64,000 nucleotides of DNA from Eledone cirrhosa (lineage: Eukaryota). Under the pieces are notes generated by a model. That model did not search any database, was not told the DNA's origin, and was given only the letters and a program-made list of their open reading frames with translations. Positions 14,693 through 28,879 of this stretch are shown here, piece by piece. The DNA is taken from NCBI GenBank assembly GCA_964016885.1, contig OZ024741.1:24056001-24120000 (forward strand), written 5' to 3'. The translations under genes were made by a program, and so were the position numbers. Position 1 is the stretch's first letter, and each line of letters starts with the position of its first letter.

Positions 14693-17600
14693 TGACCTAA
14701 CCCTAATCCAGTACATATATAGTAAAAGACCGTGCTTCAGCCACGATCTAACCCTAATCCAGTACATATATAGTAAAAGACTGTGCTTCAGCCATGACCT
14801 AACCCTAATCCAGTACATATATAGTAAAAGACTGTGCTTCAGCTGTCACCTAACCCTAATATCAGTACATATATAGTAAAAGACTGTGTTTCAGCTGTCA
14901 CCTAACCCTAATCCAGTACATATATAGTAAAAGACCGTGCTTCAGCCATGACCTAACCCTAATCCAGTACATATATAGTAAAAGACTGTGCTTCAGCCAT
15001 GACCTAACCCTAATCCAGTACATATATAGTAAAAGACTGTGCTTCAGCTGTCACCTAACCCTAATCCATTACATATATAGTAAAAGACTGTGCTTCAGCT
15101 GACTCCTAACCCTAATCCAGTACATATATAGTAAAAGACTGTGCTTCAGCTGTCACCTAACTCTAATCCAGTACATATATAGTAAAAGACTGTGCTTCAG
15201 CCTTGGCGTAACTTTAATCCAATCCATATATAGTAAAAGACTGTGCTTCAGCTGTCACCTAACCCTAATCCAGTACATATATAGTAAAAGACTGTGCTGC
15301 AGCCATGACCTAACCCTAATCCAGTACATATATAGTAAAAGACTGTGCTTCAGCTGTCACCTAACTCTAATCCTGTACATATATAGTAAAAGACTGTGCT
15401 GCAGCTGTCACCTAACCCTAATCCAGTACATATATAATAAAAGACTGTGCTGCAGCCATGACCTAACCCTAATCCAGTACATATATAGTAAAAGACTGTG
15501 CTTCAGCTGTCACCTAACCCTAATCCAGTACATATATAGTAAAAGACTGTGCTTCAGCTGTCACCTAACCCTAATCCAGTACATATATAATAAAAGACTG
15601 TGCTGCAGCCATGACCTAACCCTAATCCAGTACATATTTAGTAAAAGACTGTGCTTCAGCCATGACCTAACACTAATCCAGTACATATATAGTAAAAGAC
15701 AGTGCCTCAGCTGTCACCTAACCCTAATCCAGTACATATATAGTAAAAGACTGTGCTTCAGTTGTCACCTAACCCTAATCCAGTACATATATAGTAAAAG
15801 ACTGTGCTTCAGCTGTCACCTAACCCTAATCCAGTACATATATAGTAAAAGACTGTGCTTCAGCTGTCACATAAACCTAATCCAGTACATATATAGTAAA
15901 AGACTGTGCTTCAGCTGTCACCTAACCCTAATCTAGTACATATATAGTAAAAGACTGTGCTTCAGCCATGACCTAACCCTAATGCAGTACATATATAGTA
16001 AAAGACTGTGCTTCAGCTGTCACCTAACCTTAATCCAGAACATATATAGTAAAAGACTGTGCTTCAGCTGTCACCTAACCCTAATGCAGTACATATATAG
16101 TAAAAGACTGTGCTTCAGCCATGACCTAACCCTAATCCAGTACATATATAGTAAAAGACTGTGCTTCAGCTGTCACCTAACTCTAATCCAGTACATATAT
16201 AGTAAAAGACTGTGATTCAGCTGTCACCTAACTGTAATCCAGTACATATATAGTAAAAGACTGTGCTTCAGCTGTCACCTAACCCTAATCCAGTACATAT
16301 ATAATAAAAGACTGTGCTGCAGCCATGACCTAACCCTAATCCAGTACATATATAGTAAAAGATTGTGCTTCTGCTGTCACCTAACCCTAATCCAGTACAT
16401 ATATAGTAAAAGACTTTGCTTCAGCTGTCACCTAACCCTAATCCAGTACATATATAGTAAAAGACTGTGCTTCAGCTGTCACATAACCCTAATCCAGTAC
16501 ATATATAGTAAAAGACTGTGCTTCAGCCATGACCTAACCCTAATCCAGTACATTTATAGTAAAAGGCTGTGTTTCAGCTGTCACCTAACTCTAATCCAGT
16601 ACATATATAGTAAAAGACTGTGCTTCAGCTGTCACCTAACTCTAATCCAGTACATATATAGTAAAAGACTGTGCTTCAGCTGTCACCTGACCCTAATCCA
16701 GTACATATTTAGTAAAAGACTGTGCTTCAGCCATGACCTAACACTAATCCAGTACATATATAGTAAAAGACAGTGCCTCAGCTGTCACCTAACCCTAATC
16801 CAGTACATATATAGTAAAAGACTGTGCTTCAGTTGTCACCTAACCCTAATCCAGTACATATATAGTAAAAGACTGTGCTTCAGCTGTCACCTAACCCTAA
16901 TCCTGTACATATATAGTAAAAGACTGTGCTTCAGCTGTCACATAAACCTAATCCAGTACATATATAGTAAAAGACTGTGCTTCAGCTGTCACCTAACCCT
17001 AATCTAGTACATATATAGTAAAAGACTGTGCTTCAGCCATGACCTAACCCTAATGCAGTACATATATAGTAAAAGACTGTGCTTCAGCTGTCACCTAACC
17101 TTAATCCAGAACATATATAGTAAAAGACTGTGCTTCAGCTGTCACCTAACCCTAATGCAGTACATATATAGTAAAAGACTGTGCTTCAGCCATGACCTAA
17201 CCCTAATCCAGTACATATATAGTAAAAGACTGTGCTTCAGCTGTCACCTAACTCTAATCCAGTACATATATAGTAAAAGACTGTGATTCAGCTGTCACCT
17301 AACTGTAATCCAGTACATATATAGTAAAAGACTGTGCTTCAGCTGTCACCTAACCCCAATCCAGTACATATATAGTAAAAGACTGTGCTTCAGCCATGAC
17401 CTAACCCTAATCCAGTACATATATAGTAAAAGACTGTGCTTCAGCTGTCACCTAACCCTAATCCAGTACATATATAGTAAAAGACTGTGCTTCAGCCATG
17501 ACCTAACCCTAATCCAGTACATATATAGTAAAAGACTGTGCTTCAGCTGTCACCTAACCCTAATCCAGTACATATATAGTAAAAGACTGCGCTTCAGCCA

Positions 17601-20546
17601 TGACCTAACCCTAATCCAGTACATATATAGTAAAAGACCGTGCTTCAGCCACGATCTAACCCTAATCCAGTACATATATAGTAAAAGACTGTGCTTCAGC
17701 CATGACCTAACCCTAATCCAGTACATATATAGTAAAAGACTGTGCTTCAGCTGTCACCTAACCCTAATATCAGTACATATATAGTAAAAGACTGTGTTTC
17801 AGCTGTCACCTAACCCTAATCCAGTACATATATAGTAAAAGACCGTGCTTCAGCCATGACCTAACCCTAATCCAGTACATATATAGTAAAAGACTGTGCT
17901 TCAGCCATGACCTAACCCTAATCCAGTACATATATAGTAAAAGACTGTGCTTCAGCTGTCACCTAACCCTAATCCATTACATATATAGTAAAAGACTGTG
18001 CTTCAGCTGACTCCTAACCCTAATCCAGTACATATATAGTAAAAGACTGTGCTTCAGCTGTCACCTAACTCTAATCCAGTACATATATAGTAAAAGACTG
18101 TGCTTCAGCCTTGGCGTAACTTTAATCCAATCCATATATAGTAAAAGACTGTGCTTCAGCTGTCACCTAACCCTAATCCAGTACATATATAGTAAAAGAC
18201 TGTGCTGCAGCCATGACCTAACCCTAATCCAGTACATATATAGTAAAAGACTGTGCTTCAGCTGTCACCTAACTCTAATCCTGTACATATATAGTAAAAG
18301 ACTGTGCTGCAGCTGTCACCTAACCCTAATCCAGTACATATATAATAAAAGACTGTGCTGCAGCCATGACCTAACCCTAATCCAGTACATATATAGTAAA
18401 AGACTGTGCTTCAGCTGTCACCTAACCCTAATCCAGTACATATATAGTAAAAGACTGTGCTTCAGCTGTCACCTAACCCTAATCCAGTACATATATAATA
18501 AAAGACTGTGCTGCAGCCATGACCTAACCCTAATCCAGTACATATTTAGTAAAAGACTGTGCTTCAGCCATGACCTAACACTAATCCAGTACATATATAG
18601 TAAAAGACAGTGCCTCAGCTGTCACCTAACCCTAATCCAGTACATATATAGTAAAAGACTGTGCTTCAGTTGTCACCTAACCCTAATCCAGTACATATAT
18701 AGTAAAAGACTGTGCTTCAGCTGTCACCTAACCCTAATCCAGTACATATATAGTAAAAGACTGTGCTTCAGCTGTCACATAAACCTAATCCAGTACATAT
18801 ATAGTAAAAGACTGTGCTTCAGCTGTCACCTAACCCTAATCTAGTACATATATAGTAAAAGACTGTGCTTCAGCCATGACCTAACCCTAATGCAGTACAT
18901 ATATAGTAAAAGACTGTGCTTCAGCTGTCACCTAACCTTAATCCAGAACATATATAGTAAAAGACTGTGCTTCAGCTGTCACCTAACCCTAATGCAGTAC
19001 ATATATAGTAAAAGACTGTGCTTCAGCCATGACCTAACCCTAATCCAGTACATATATAGTAAAAGACTGTGCTTCAGCTGTCACCTAACTCTAATCCAGT
19101 ACATATATAGTAAAAGACTGTGATTCAGCTGTCACCTAACTGTAATCCAGTACATATATAGTAAAAGACTGTGCTTCAGCTGTCACCTAACCCTAATCCA
19201 GTACATATATAATAAAAGACTGTGCTGCAGCCATGACCTAACCCTAATCCAGTACATATATAGTAAAAGATTGTGCTTCTGCTGTCACCTAACCCTAATC
19301 CAGTACATATATAGTAAAAGACTTTGCTTCAGCTGTCACCTAACCCTAATCCAGTACATATATAGTAAAAGACTGTGCTTCAGCTGTCACATAACCCTAA
19401 TCCAGTACATATATAGTAAAAGACTGTGCTTCAGCCATGACCTAACCCTAATCCAGTACATTTATAGTAAAAGGCTGTGTTTCAGCTGTCACCTAACTCT
19501 AATCCAGTACATATATAGTAAAAGACTGTGCTTCAGCTGTCACCTAACTCTAATCCAGTACATATATAGTAAAAGACTGTGCTTCAGCTGTCACCTGACC
19601 CTAATCCAGTACATATTTAGTAAAAGACTGTGCTTCAGCCATGACCTAACACTAATCCAGTACATATATAGTAAAAGACAGTGCCTCAGCTGTCACCTAA
19701 CCCTAATCCAGTACATATATAGTAAAAGACTGTGCTTCAGTTGTCACCTAACCCTAATCCAGTACATATATAGTAAAAGACTGTGCTTCAGCTGTCACCT
19801 AACCCTAATCCTGTACATATATAGTAAAAGACTGTGCTTCAGCTGTCACATAAACCTAATCCAGTACATATATAGTAAAAGACTGTGCTTCAGCTGTCAC
19901 CTAACCCTAATCTAGTACATATATAGTAAAAGACTGTGCTTCAGCCATGACCTAACCCTAATGCAGTACATATATAGTAAAAGACTGTGCTTCAGCTGTC
20001 ACCTAACCTTAATCCAGAACATATATAGTAAAAGACTGTGCTTCAGCTGTCACCTAACCCTAATGCAGTACATATATAGTAAAAGACTGTGCTTCAGCCA
20101 TGACCTAACCCTAATCCAGTACATATATAGTAAAAGACTGTGCTTCAGCTGTCACCTAACTCTAATCCAGTACATATATAGTAAAAGACTGTGATTCAGC
20201 TGTCACCTAACTGTAATCCAGTACATATATAGTAAAAGACTGTGCTTCAGCTGTCACCTAACCCCAATCCAGTACATATATAGTAAAAGACTGTGCTTCA
20301 GCCATGACCTAACCCTAATCCAGTACATATATAGTAAAAGACTGTGCTTCAGCTGTCACCTAACCCTAATCCAGTACATATATAGTAAAAGACTGTGCTT
20401 CAGCCATGACCTAACCCTAATCCAGTACATATATAGTAAAAGACTGTGCTTCAGCTGTCACCTAACCCTAATCCAGTACATATATAGTAAAAGACTGCGC
20501 TTCAGCCATGACCTAACCCTAATCCAGTACATATATAGTAAAAGAC
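14693..20546. repeat. Near-perfect tandem duplication, period 2908 bp (57 monomers + 1 bp)
   Basis: The +1 variant TAATATCAG is at 14861 and 17769. GACTGCGC is at 17585 and 20493. Identical ORFs at 15982/18890, 16363/19271 and 17053/19961 are all offset by 2908. The unit contains an internal 1071-bp (21-mer) repeat (15982->17053). Confidence 0.93.
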
Positions 20547-23500
20547 AGTGCCTCAGCTGTCACCTAACCCTAATCCAGTACATATATAGTAAAAGACTGT
20601 GCTTCAGCTGTCACCTAACCCTAATCCAGTACATATATAGTAAAAGACTGTGCTTCAGCTGTGACCTAACTCTAATCCTGTACATATATAGTAAAAGACT
20701 GTGCTGCAGCTGTCACCTAACCCTAATCCAGTACATATATAATAAAAGACTGTGCTGCAGCCATGACCTAACCCTAATCCAGTACATATATAGTAAAAGA
20801 CTGTGCTTCAGCTGTCACCTAACCCTAATCCAGTACATATATAGTAAAAGACTGTGCTTCAGCTGTCACCTAACCCTAATCCAGTACATATATAATAAAA
20901 GACTGTGCTGCAGCCATGACCTAACCCTAATCCAGTACATATATAGTAAAAGACTGTGCTTCTGCTGTCACTTAACCCTAATCCAGTACATATATAGTAA
21001 AAGACTTTGCTTCAGCTGTCACCTAACCCTAATCCAGTACATATATAGTAAAAGACTGTGCTTCAGCTGTCACATAACCCTAATCCAGTACATATATAGT
21101 AAAAGACTGTGCTTCAGCCATGACCTAACCCTAATCCAGTACATATATAGTAAAAGGCTGTGTTTCAGCTGTCACCTAACTCTAATCCAGTACATATATA
21201 GTAAAAGACTGTGCTTCAGCTGTCACCTAACTCTAATCCAGTACATATATAGTAAAAGACTGTGCTTCAGCTGTCACCTGACCCTAATCCAGTACATATT
21301 TAGTAAAAGACTGTGCTTCAGCCATGACCTAACACTAATCCAGTACATATATAGTAAAAGACAGTGCCTCAGCTGTCACCTAACCCTAATCCAGTACATA
21401 TATAGTAAAAGACTGTGCTTCAGTTGTCACCTAACCCTAATCCAGTACATATATAGTAAAAGACTGTGCTTCAGCTGTCACCTAACCCTAATCCAGTACA
21501 TATATAGTAAAAGACTGTGCTTCAGCTGTCACATAAACCTAATCCAGTACATATATAGTAAAAGACTGTGCTTCAGCTGTCACCTAACCCTAATCTACTA
21601 CATATATAGTAAAAGACTGTGCTTCAGCCATGACCTAACCCTAATGCAGTACATATATAGTAAAAGACTGTGCTTCAGCTGTCACCTAACCTTAATCCAG
21701 AACATATATAGTAAAAGACTGTGCTTCAGCTGTCACCTAACCCTAATGCAGTACATATATAGTAAAAGACTGTGCTTCAGCCATGACCTAACCCTAATCC
21801 AGTACATATATAGTAAAAGACTGTGCTTCAGCTGTCACCTAACTCTAATCCAGTACATATATAGTAAAAGACTGTGATTCAGCTGTCACCTAACTGTAAT
21901 CCAGTACATATATAGTAAAAGACTGTGCTTCAGCTGTCACCTAACCCCAATCCAGTACATATATAGTAAAAGACTGTGCTTCAGCCATGACCTAACCCTA
22001 ATCCAGTACATATATAGTAAAAGACTGTGCTTCAGCCATGACCTAACCCTAATGCAGTACATATATAGTAAAAGACTGTGCTTCAGCTGTGACCTAACCT
22101 TAATCCAGTACATATATAGTAAAAGACTGTGCTTCAGCTATCACCTAACCCTAATGCAGTACATATATAGTAAAAGACTGTGCTTCAGCCATGACCTAAC
22201 CCTAATCCAGTACATATATAGTAAAAGACTGTGCTTCAGCTGTCACCTAACTCTAATCCAGTACATATATAGTAAAAGACTGTGCTTCAGCTGTCACCTA
22301 ACTCTAATCCAGTACATATATAGTAAAAGACCGTGCCTCAGCCATGACCTAACTCTAATCCAGTACATATATAGTAAAAGACTGTGCTTCAGCTGTCACC
22401 TAACCCTAATCCAGTACATATATAGTAAAAGACTGTGCTTCAGCTGTCACCTAACCATAATCCAGTACATATATAGTAAAAGACTGTGCTTCAGCTGTCA
22501 CCTAACCCTAATCCAGTACATATATAGTAAAAGACTGTGCTTCAGCTGTCACCTAACCCTAATCCAGTACATATATAGTAAAAGACTGTGCTTCAGCTGT
22601 CACCTAACCCTAATCCAGTACATATATAGTAAAAGACTGTGCTTCAGCCATGACCTAACCCTAATCCAGTACATATATAGTAAAAGACTGTGCTTCAGCC
22701 TTGACCTAACCCTAATCCAGTACATATATAGAAAAAGACTGTGCTTCAGCTGTCACCTAACCCTAATCCAGTACATATATAATAAAAGAATGTGCTTCAG
22801 CCATGACCTAACCCTAATCCAGTACATATATAGTAAAAGACTGTGCTTCAGCTGTCATCTAACTCTAATCCAGTACATATATAGTAAAAGACTGTGCTTC
22901 AGCTGTCACCTAACTCTAATCCAGTACATATATAGTAAAAGACCGTGCCTCAGCCATGACCTAACTCTAATCCAGTACATATATAGTAAAAGACTGTGCT
23001 TCAGCTGTCACCTAACTGTAATCCAGTACATATATAGTAAAAGACTGTGCTTCAGCTGTCACCTAACCCTAATCCAGTACATATATAGTAAAAGACTGTG
23101 CTTCAGCTGTCACCTAACCCTAATCCAGTACATATATAGTAAAAGAGTATGCTTCAGCTGTCACCTAACCCTAATCCAGTACATATATAGTAAAAGACTG
23201 TGCTTCAGCTGTCACCTAACCTTAATCCAGTACATATATAGTAAAAGACTGTGCTTCAGCTGTCACCTAACCCTAATCCAGTACATATATAGTAAAAGAC
23301 CGTGCTTCAGCTGTCACCTAACCTTAATCCAGTACATATACAGTAAAAGACCGTGCTTCAGCTGTCATCTAACCTTAATCCAGTACATATATAGTAAAAG
23401 ACCGTGCTTCAGCTGTCACCTAACTCTAATCCAGTACATATATAGTAAAAGACTGTGCTGCAGCCATGACCTAACCTTAATCCAGTACATATATAGTAAA

Positions 23501-25789
23501 AGACTGTGCTTCAGCTGTCACCTAACTCTAATCCAGTACATATATAGTAAAAAACTGTGCTTCAGCTGTCACCTAACTCTAATCCAGTACATATATAGTA
23601 AAAGACTGTGCTTCAGCCATGACCTAACTCTAATCCAGTACATATATAGTAAAAGACTGTGCTTCAGCTGTCACCTAACCCTAATCCAGTACATATATAG
23701 TAAAAGACTGTGCTTCAGCCATGACCTAACCCTAATCCAGTACATATATAGTAAAAGACTGTGCTTCATCCATGACCTAACCCTAATCCAGTACATATAT
23801 AGTAAAAGACTGTGCTTCAGCCATGACCTAACTCTAATCCAGTACATATATAGTAAAAGACTGTGCTTCAGCCATGACCTAACCCTAATCCAGTACATAT
23901 ATAGTAAAAGACTGTGCTTCAGCTGTCACCTAACTCTAATCCAGTACATATATAGTAAAAGACCGTGTTTCAGCTGTGACCTAACCCTAATCCAGTACAT
24001 ATATAGTAAAAGACTGTGCTTCAGCCATGACCTAATCCTAATCCAGTACATATATAGTAAAAGACTGTGCTTCAGCCATGACCTAACCCTAATCCAGTAC
24101 ATATATAGTAAAAGACTGTGCTTCAAACATGACCTAACCCTAATCCAGTACATATATAGTAAAAGACTGTGTTTCAGCTGTCACCTAACCCTAATCCAGT
24201 ACATATATAGTAAAAGACTGTGCTTCAGCCATGACCTAACCCTAATCCAGTACATATATAGTAAAAGACTGTGCTTCAGCTGTCACCTAACCCTAATCCA
24301 GTACATATATAGTAAAAGACTGTGCTTCAGCTGACTCCTAACGCTAATCCAGTACATATATAGTAAAAGACTGTGCTTCAGCTGTCACCTAACTCTAATC
24401 CAGTACATATATAGTAAAAGACCGTGCTTCAGCCATGACGTAACTTTAATCCAATCCATATATAGTAAAAGACTGTGCTTCAGCCATGACCTAACCCTAA
24501 TCCAGTACATATATAGTAAAAGACCGTACTTCAGCCATGACGTAACTTTAATCCAATCCATATATAGTAAAAGACTGTGCTTCAGCTGTCACCTAACCCT
24601 AATCCAGTACATATATAGTAAAAGACTGTGCTTCAGCTGTCACCTATACCATAATCCAGTACATATATAGTAAAGACCGTGCTTCAGCCATGACCTAACC
24701 CTAATCCAGTACATATATAGTAAAAGACTGTGCTTCAGCCATGACCTAACCCTAATCCAGTACATATATAGTAAAAGACAGTGCTTCAGCTGTCACCTAA
24801 CTCTGATTCAGTACATATATAGTAAAAGACTGTGCTTCAGCCACGATCTAAGCCTAATCCAGTACATATATAGTAAAAGACCATGCCTCAGCTGTGACCT
24901 AACCTTAATCCAGTACATATATAGGAAAAGACTGTGCATCAGCTGTGACCTAACCCTAATCCAGTATATATATAGTAAAAGACTGTGCTTCAGCTGTGAC
25001 CTAACCCTAATCCAGTACATATATAGTAAAAGACTGTGCTTCAGCTGTCACCTAACCCTAATCCAATACATATATAATAAAAGACTGTGCTGCAGCCATG
25101 ACCTAACCCTAATCCAGTACATATATAGTAAAAGACTGTGCTTCTGCCATGACCTAACCCTAATCCAGTACATATGTATTAAAAGACTGTGCTTCAGCTG
25201 TCACCTAAGCCTCATCCAGTACATATATAGTAAAAGACCGTGCCTCAGCTGTCACCTAACCCTAATCCAGTACATATATAGTAAAAGAGCGTGCCTCAGC
25301 TGTAACCTAACCCTAATCCAGTACATATATAGTAAAAGACCGTGCTTCAGCCACGATCTAACCCTAATCCAGTACATATATAGTAAAAGACCATACCTCA
25401 GCTGTGACCTAACCTTAATCCAGTACATATATAGTAAAAGACTGTGCTTTAGCTGTCACCTAACCCTAATCCAGTACATATATAGTAAAAGACTGTGCTT
25501 CAGCCATGACCTAACCCTAATCCAGTACATATATAGTAAAAGACTGTGCTTCAGCTGTCACCTAACCCTAATCCAGTACATATATAGTAAAAGACTGTGC
25601 TTCAGCTGTCACCTATACCCTAATCCAGTACATATATAGTAAAGACCGTGCTTCAGCCATGACCTAACCCTAATCCAGTACATATATAGTAAAAGACTGT
25701 GCTTCAGCTGTCACCTAACTCTGATCCAGTACATATATAGTAAAAGACCGTGCCTCAGCTGTGACCTAACCCTAATCCAGTACATATAT

Positions 25790-26070
25790 AGTAAAAGACC
25801 GTGCTTCAGCCACAATCTAACCCTAATCCAGTACATGTATATAGTAAAAGACTGTGCTTCAGCTGTGATCTAACCCTAATCCAGTACATATATAGTAAAA
25901 GACTGTGCTTCAGCTGTGACCTAACCCTAATCCAGTACATATATAGTAAAAGACCGTGCTTCAGCCACGATCTAACCCTAATCCAGTACATGTATATAGT
26001 AAAAGACTGTGCTTCAGCTGTGATCTAACCCTAATCCAGTACATATATAGTAAAAGACTGTGCTTCAGCT
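25790..26070. repeat. Local 155-bp (3 monomers + 2 bp) duplication
   Basis: The +2 variant CATGTATATAG is at 25834 and 25989, each followed by a CTGTGATCT monomer. Confidence 0.85.
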
Positions 26071-28879
26071 GTCACCTAACCCTAATCCAATACATATATA
26101 GTAAAAGACCGTGCTTCAGCCATGACCTAACCCTAATCCAGTACATATATAGTAAAAGACTGTGCTTCAGCTGTCACCTAACCCTTATCCAGTACATATA
26201 TAGTAAAAGACCGTGCTTCAGCCCTGACCTAACCCTAATCCAGTACATATATAGTAAAAGACTGTGTTTCAGCTGTGACCTAACCCTAATCCAGTACATA
26301 TATAGTAAAAGACCGTGCTTCAGACATGACCTAACCCTAATCCAGTACATATATAGTAAAAACAGTGCTTCAGCTGTCACCTAACCCTAATCCAGTACAT
26401 ATATAGTAAAAGACTGTTTTTCAGCTGTCACCTAACCCTAATCCAGTACATATATAGTAAAAGACTGTGCTTCAGCCATGACCTAACCCTAATCTAGTAC
26501 ATATATAGTAAAAGACCGTGCTTCAGCCCTGACCTAACCCTAATCCAGTACATATATAGTAAAAGACTGTGTTTCAGCTGTCACCTACCCTTAATCCAGT
26601 ACATATATAGTAAAAGACCGTGCTTCAGCCATGACGTAACTTTAATCCAATCCATATGTAGTAAAAGACTGTGCCTCAGCTGTGACCTAACCCTAATCCA
26701 GTACATATATAGTAAAAGACCGTGCTTCAGCCATGACCTAACCCTAATCCAGTACATATATAGTAAAAGACTGTGCTTCAGCTGTCACCTAACCCTAATC
26801 CAGTACATATATAGTAAAAGACTGTGCTTCAGCTGACTCCAAACCCTAATCCAGTACATATATAGTAAAAGACTGTGCTTCAGCTGTCACCTAACTCTAA
26901 TCCAGTACATATATAGTAAAAGACCGTGCTTCAGCCATGACGTAACTTTAATCCAATCCATATATAGTAAAAGACTGTGCTTCAGCCATGACCTAACCCT
27001 AATCCAGTACATATATAGTAAAAGACCGTACTTCAGCCATGACGTAACTATAATCCAATCCATATATAGTAAAAGACTGTGCTTCAGCTGTCACCTAACT
27101 CTAATCCTGTACATATATAGTAAAAGACTGTGCTTCAGCTGTCACCTAACCCTAATCCTGTACATATATAGTAAAAGACTGTGCTTCAGCTGTCACCTAA
27201 CCCTAATCCAGTACATATATAGTAAAAGACCGTACTTCAGCCATGACGTAACTTTAATCCAATCCATATATAGTAAAAGACTGTGCTTCAGCTGTCACCT
27301 AACTCTAATCCTGTACATATATAGTAAAAGACTGTGCTTCAGCTGTCACCTAACCCTAATCCTGTACATATACAGTAAAAGACCGTGCCTCAGCTGTCAC
27401 CTAACCCTAATCCAGTACATATATAGTAAAATAACGTGCCTCAGCTGTGACCTAACCCTAATCCAGTACATATATAGTAAAAGACCGTGCTTCAGCCACG
27501 ATCTAACCCTAATCCAGTACATATATAGTAAAAGACTGTGCTTCAGCCATGACCTAATCCTAATCCAGTACATATATAGTAAAAGACTGTGCTTCAGCCA
27601 TGACCTAACCCTAATCCAGTACATATATAGTAAAAGACTGTGCTTCAGACATGACCGAACCCTAATCCAGTACATATATAGTAAAAGACTGTGTTTCAGC
27701 TGTCACCTAACCCTAATCTAGTACATATATAGTAAAAGACCGTGCTTCAGCCATGACCTAACCCTAATCCAGTACATATATAGTAAAAGACTGTGCTTCA
27801 GCCATGACCTAACCCTAATCCAGTACATATATAGTAAAAGACTGTGCTTCAGCTGTCACCTAACCCTAATCCAGTACATATATAGTAAAAGACTGTGCTT
27901 CAGCTGACTCCTAACCCTAATCCAGTACATATATAGTAAAAGACTGTGCTTCAGCTGTCACCTAACTCTAATCCAGTACATATATAGTAAAAGACCGTGC
28001 TTCAGCCATGACGTAACTTTAATCCAATCCATATATAGTAAAAGACTGTGCTTCAGCCATGACCTAACCCTAATCCAGTACATATATAGTAAAAGACCGT
28101 ACTTCAGCCATGACATAACTTTAATCCAATCCATATATAGTAAAAGACTGTGCTTCAGCTGTCACCTAACTCTAATCCTGTACATATATAGTAAAAAACT
28201 GTGCTTCAGCTGTCACCTAACCCTAATCCAGTACATATATAGTAAAAGACTGTGCTTCAGCCATGACCTAACCCTAATACAGTACATATACAGTAAAAGA
28301 CTGTGCTTCAGCTGTCACCTAACCCTAATCCAGTACATATATAGTAAAAGACTGTGCTTCAGCTGTCACCTATACCCTAATCCAGTACATATATAGTAAA
28401 GACCGTGCTTCAGCCATGACCTAACCCTAATCCAGTACATATATAGTAAAAGACTGTGCTTCAGCCATGACTTAACCCTAATCCAGTACATATATAGTAA
28501 AAGACAGTGCTTCAGCTGTCACCTAACTCTGATCCGGTACATATATAGTAAAAGACCGTGCCTCAGCTGTGACCTAACCCTAATCCAGTACATATATAGT
28601 AAAAGACTGTGCCTCAGCTGTGACCTAACCCTAATCCAGTACATATATAGTAAAAGACTGTGCTTCAGCTGTGACCTAACCCTAATCCAGTACATATATA
28701 GTAAAAGACTGTGCTTCAGCTGTCACCTAACCCTAATCCAATACATATATAATAAAAGACTGTGCTGCAGCCATGACCTAACCCTAATCCAGTACATATA
28801 TAGTAAAAGACTGTGCTTCTGCCATGACCTAACCCTAATCCAGTACATATGTAGTAAAAGACTGTGCTTCAGCTGTCAC

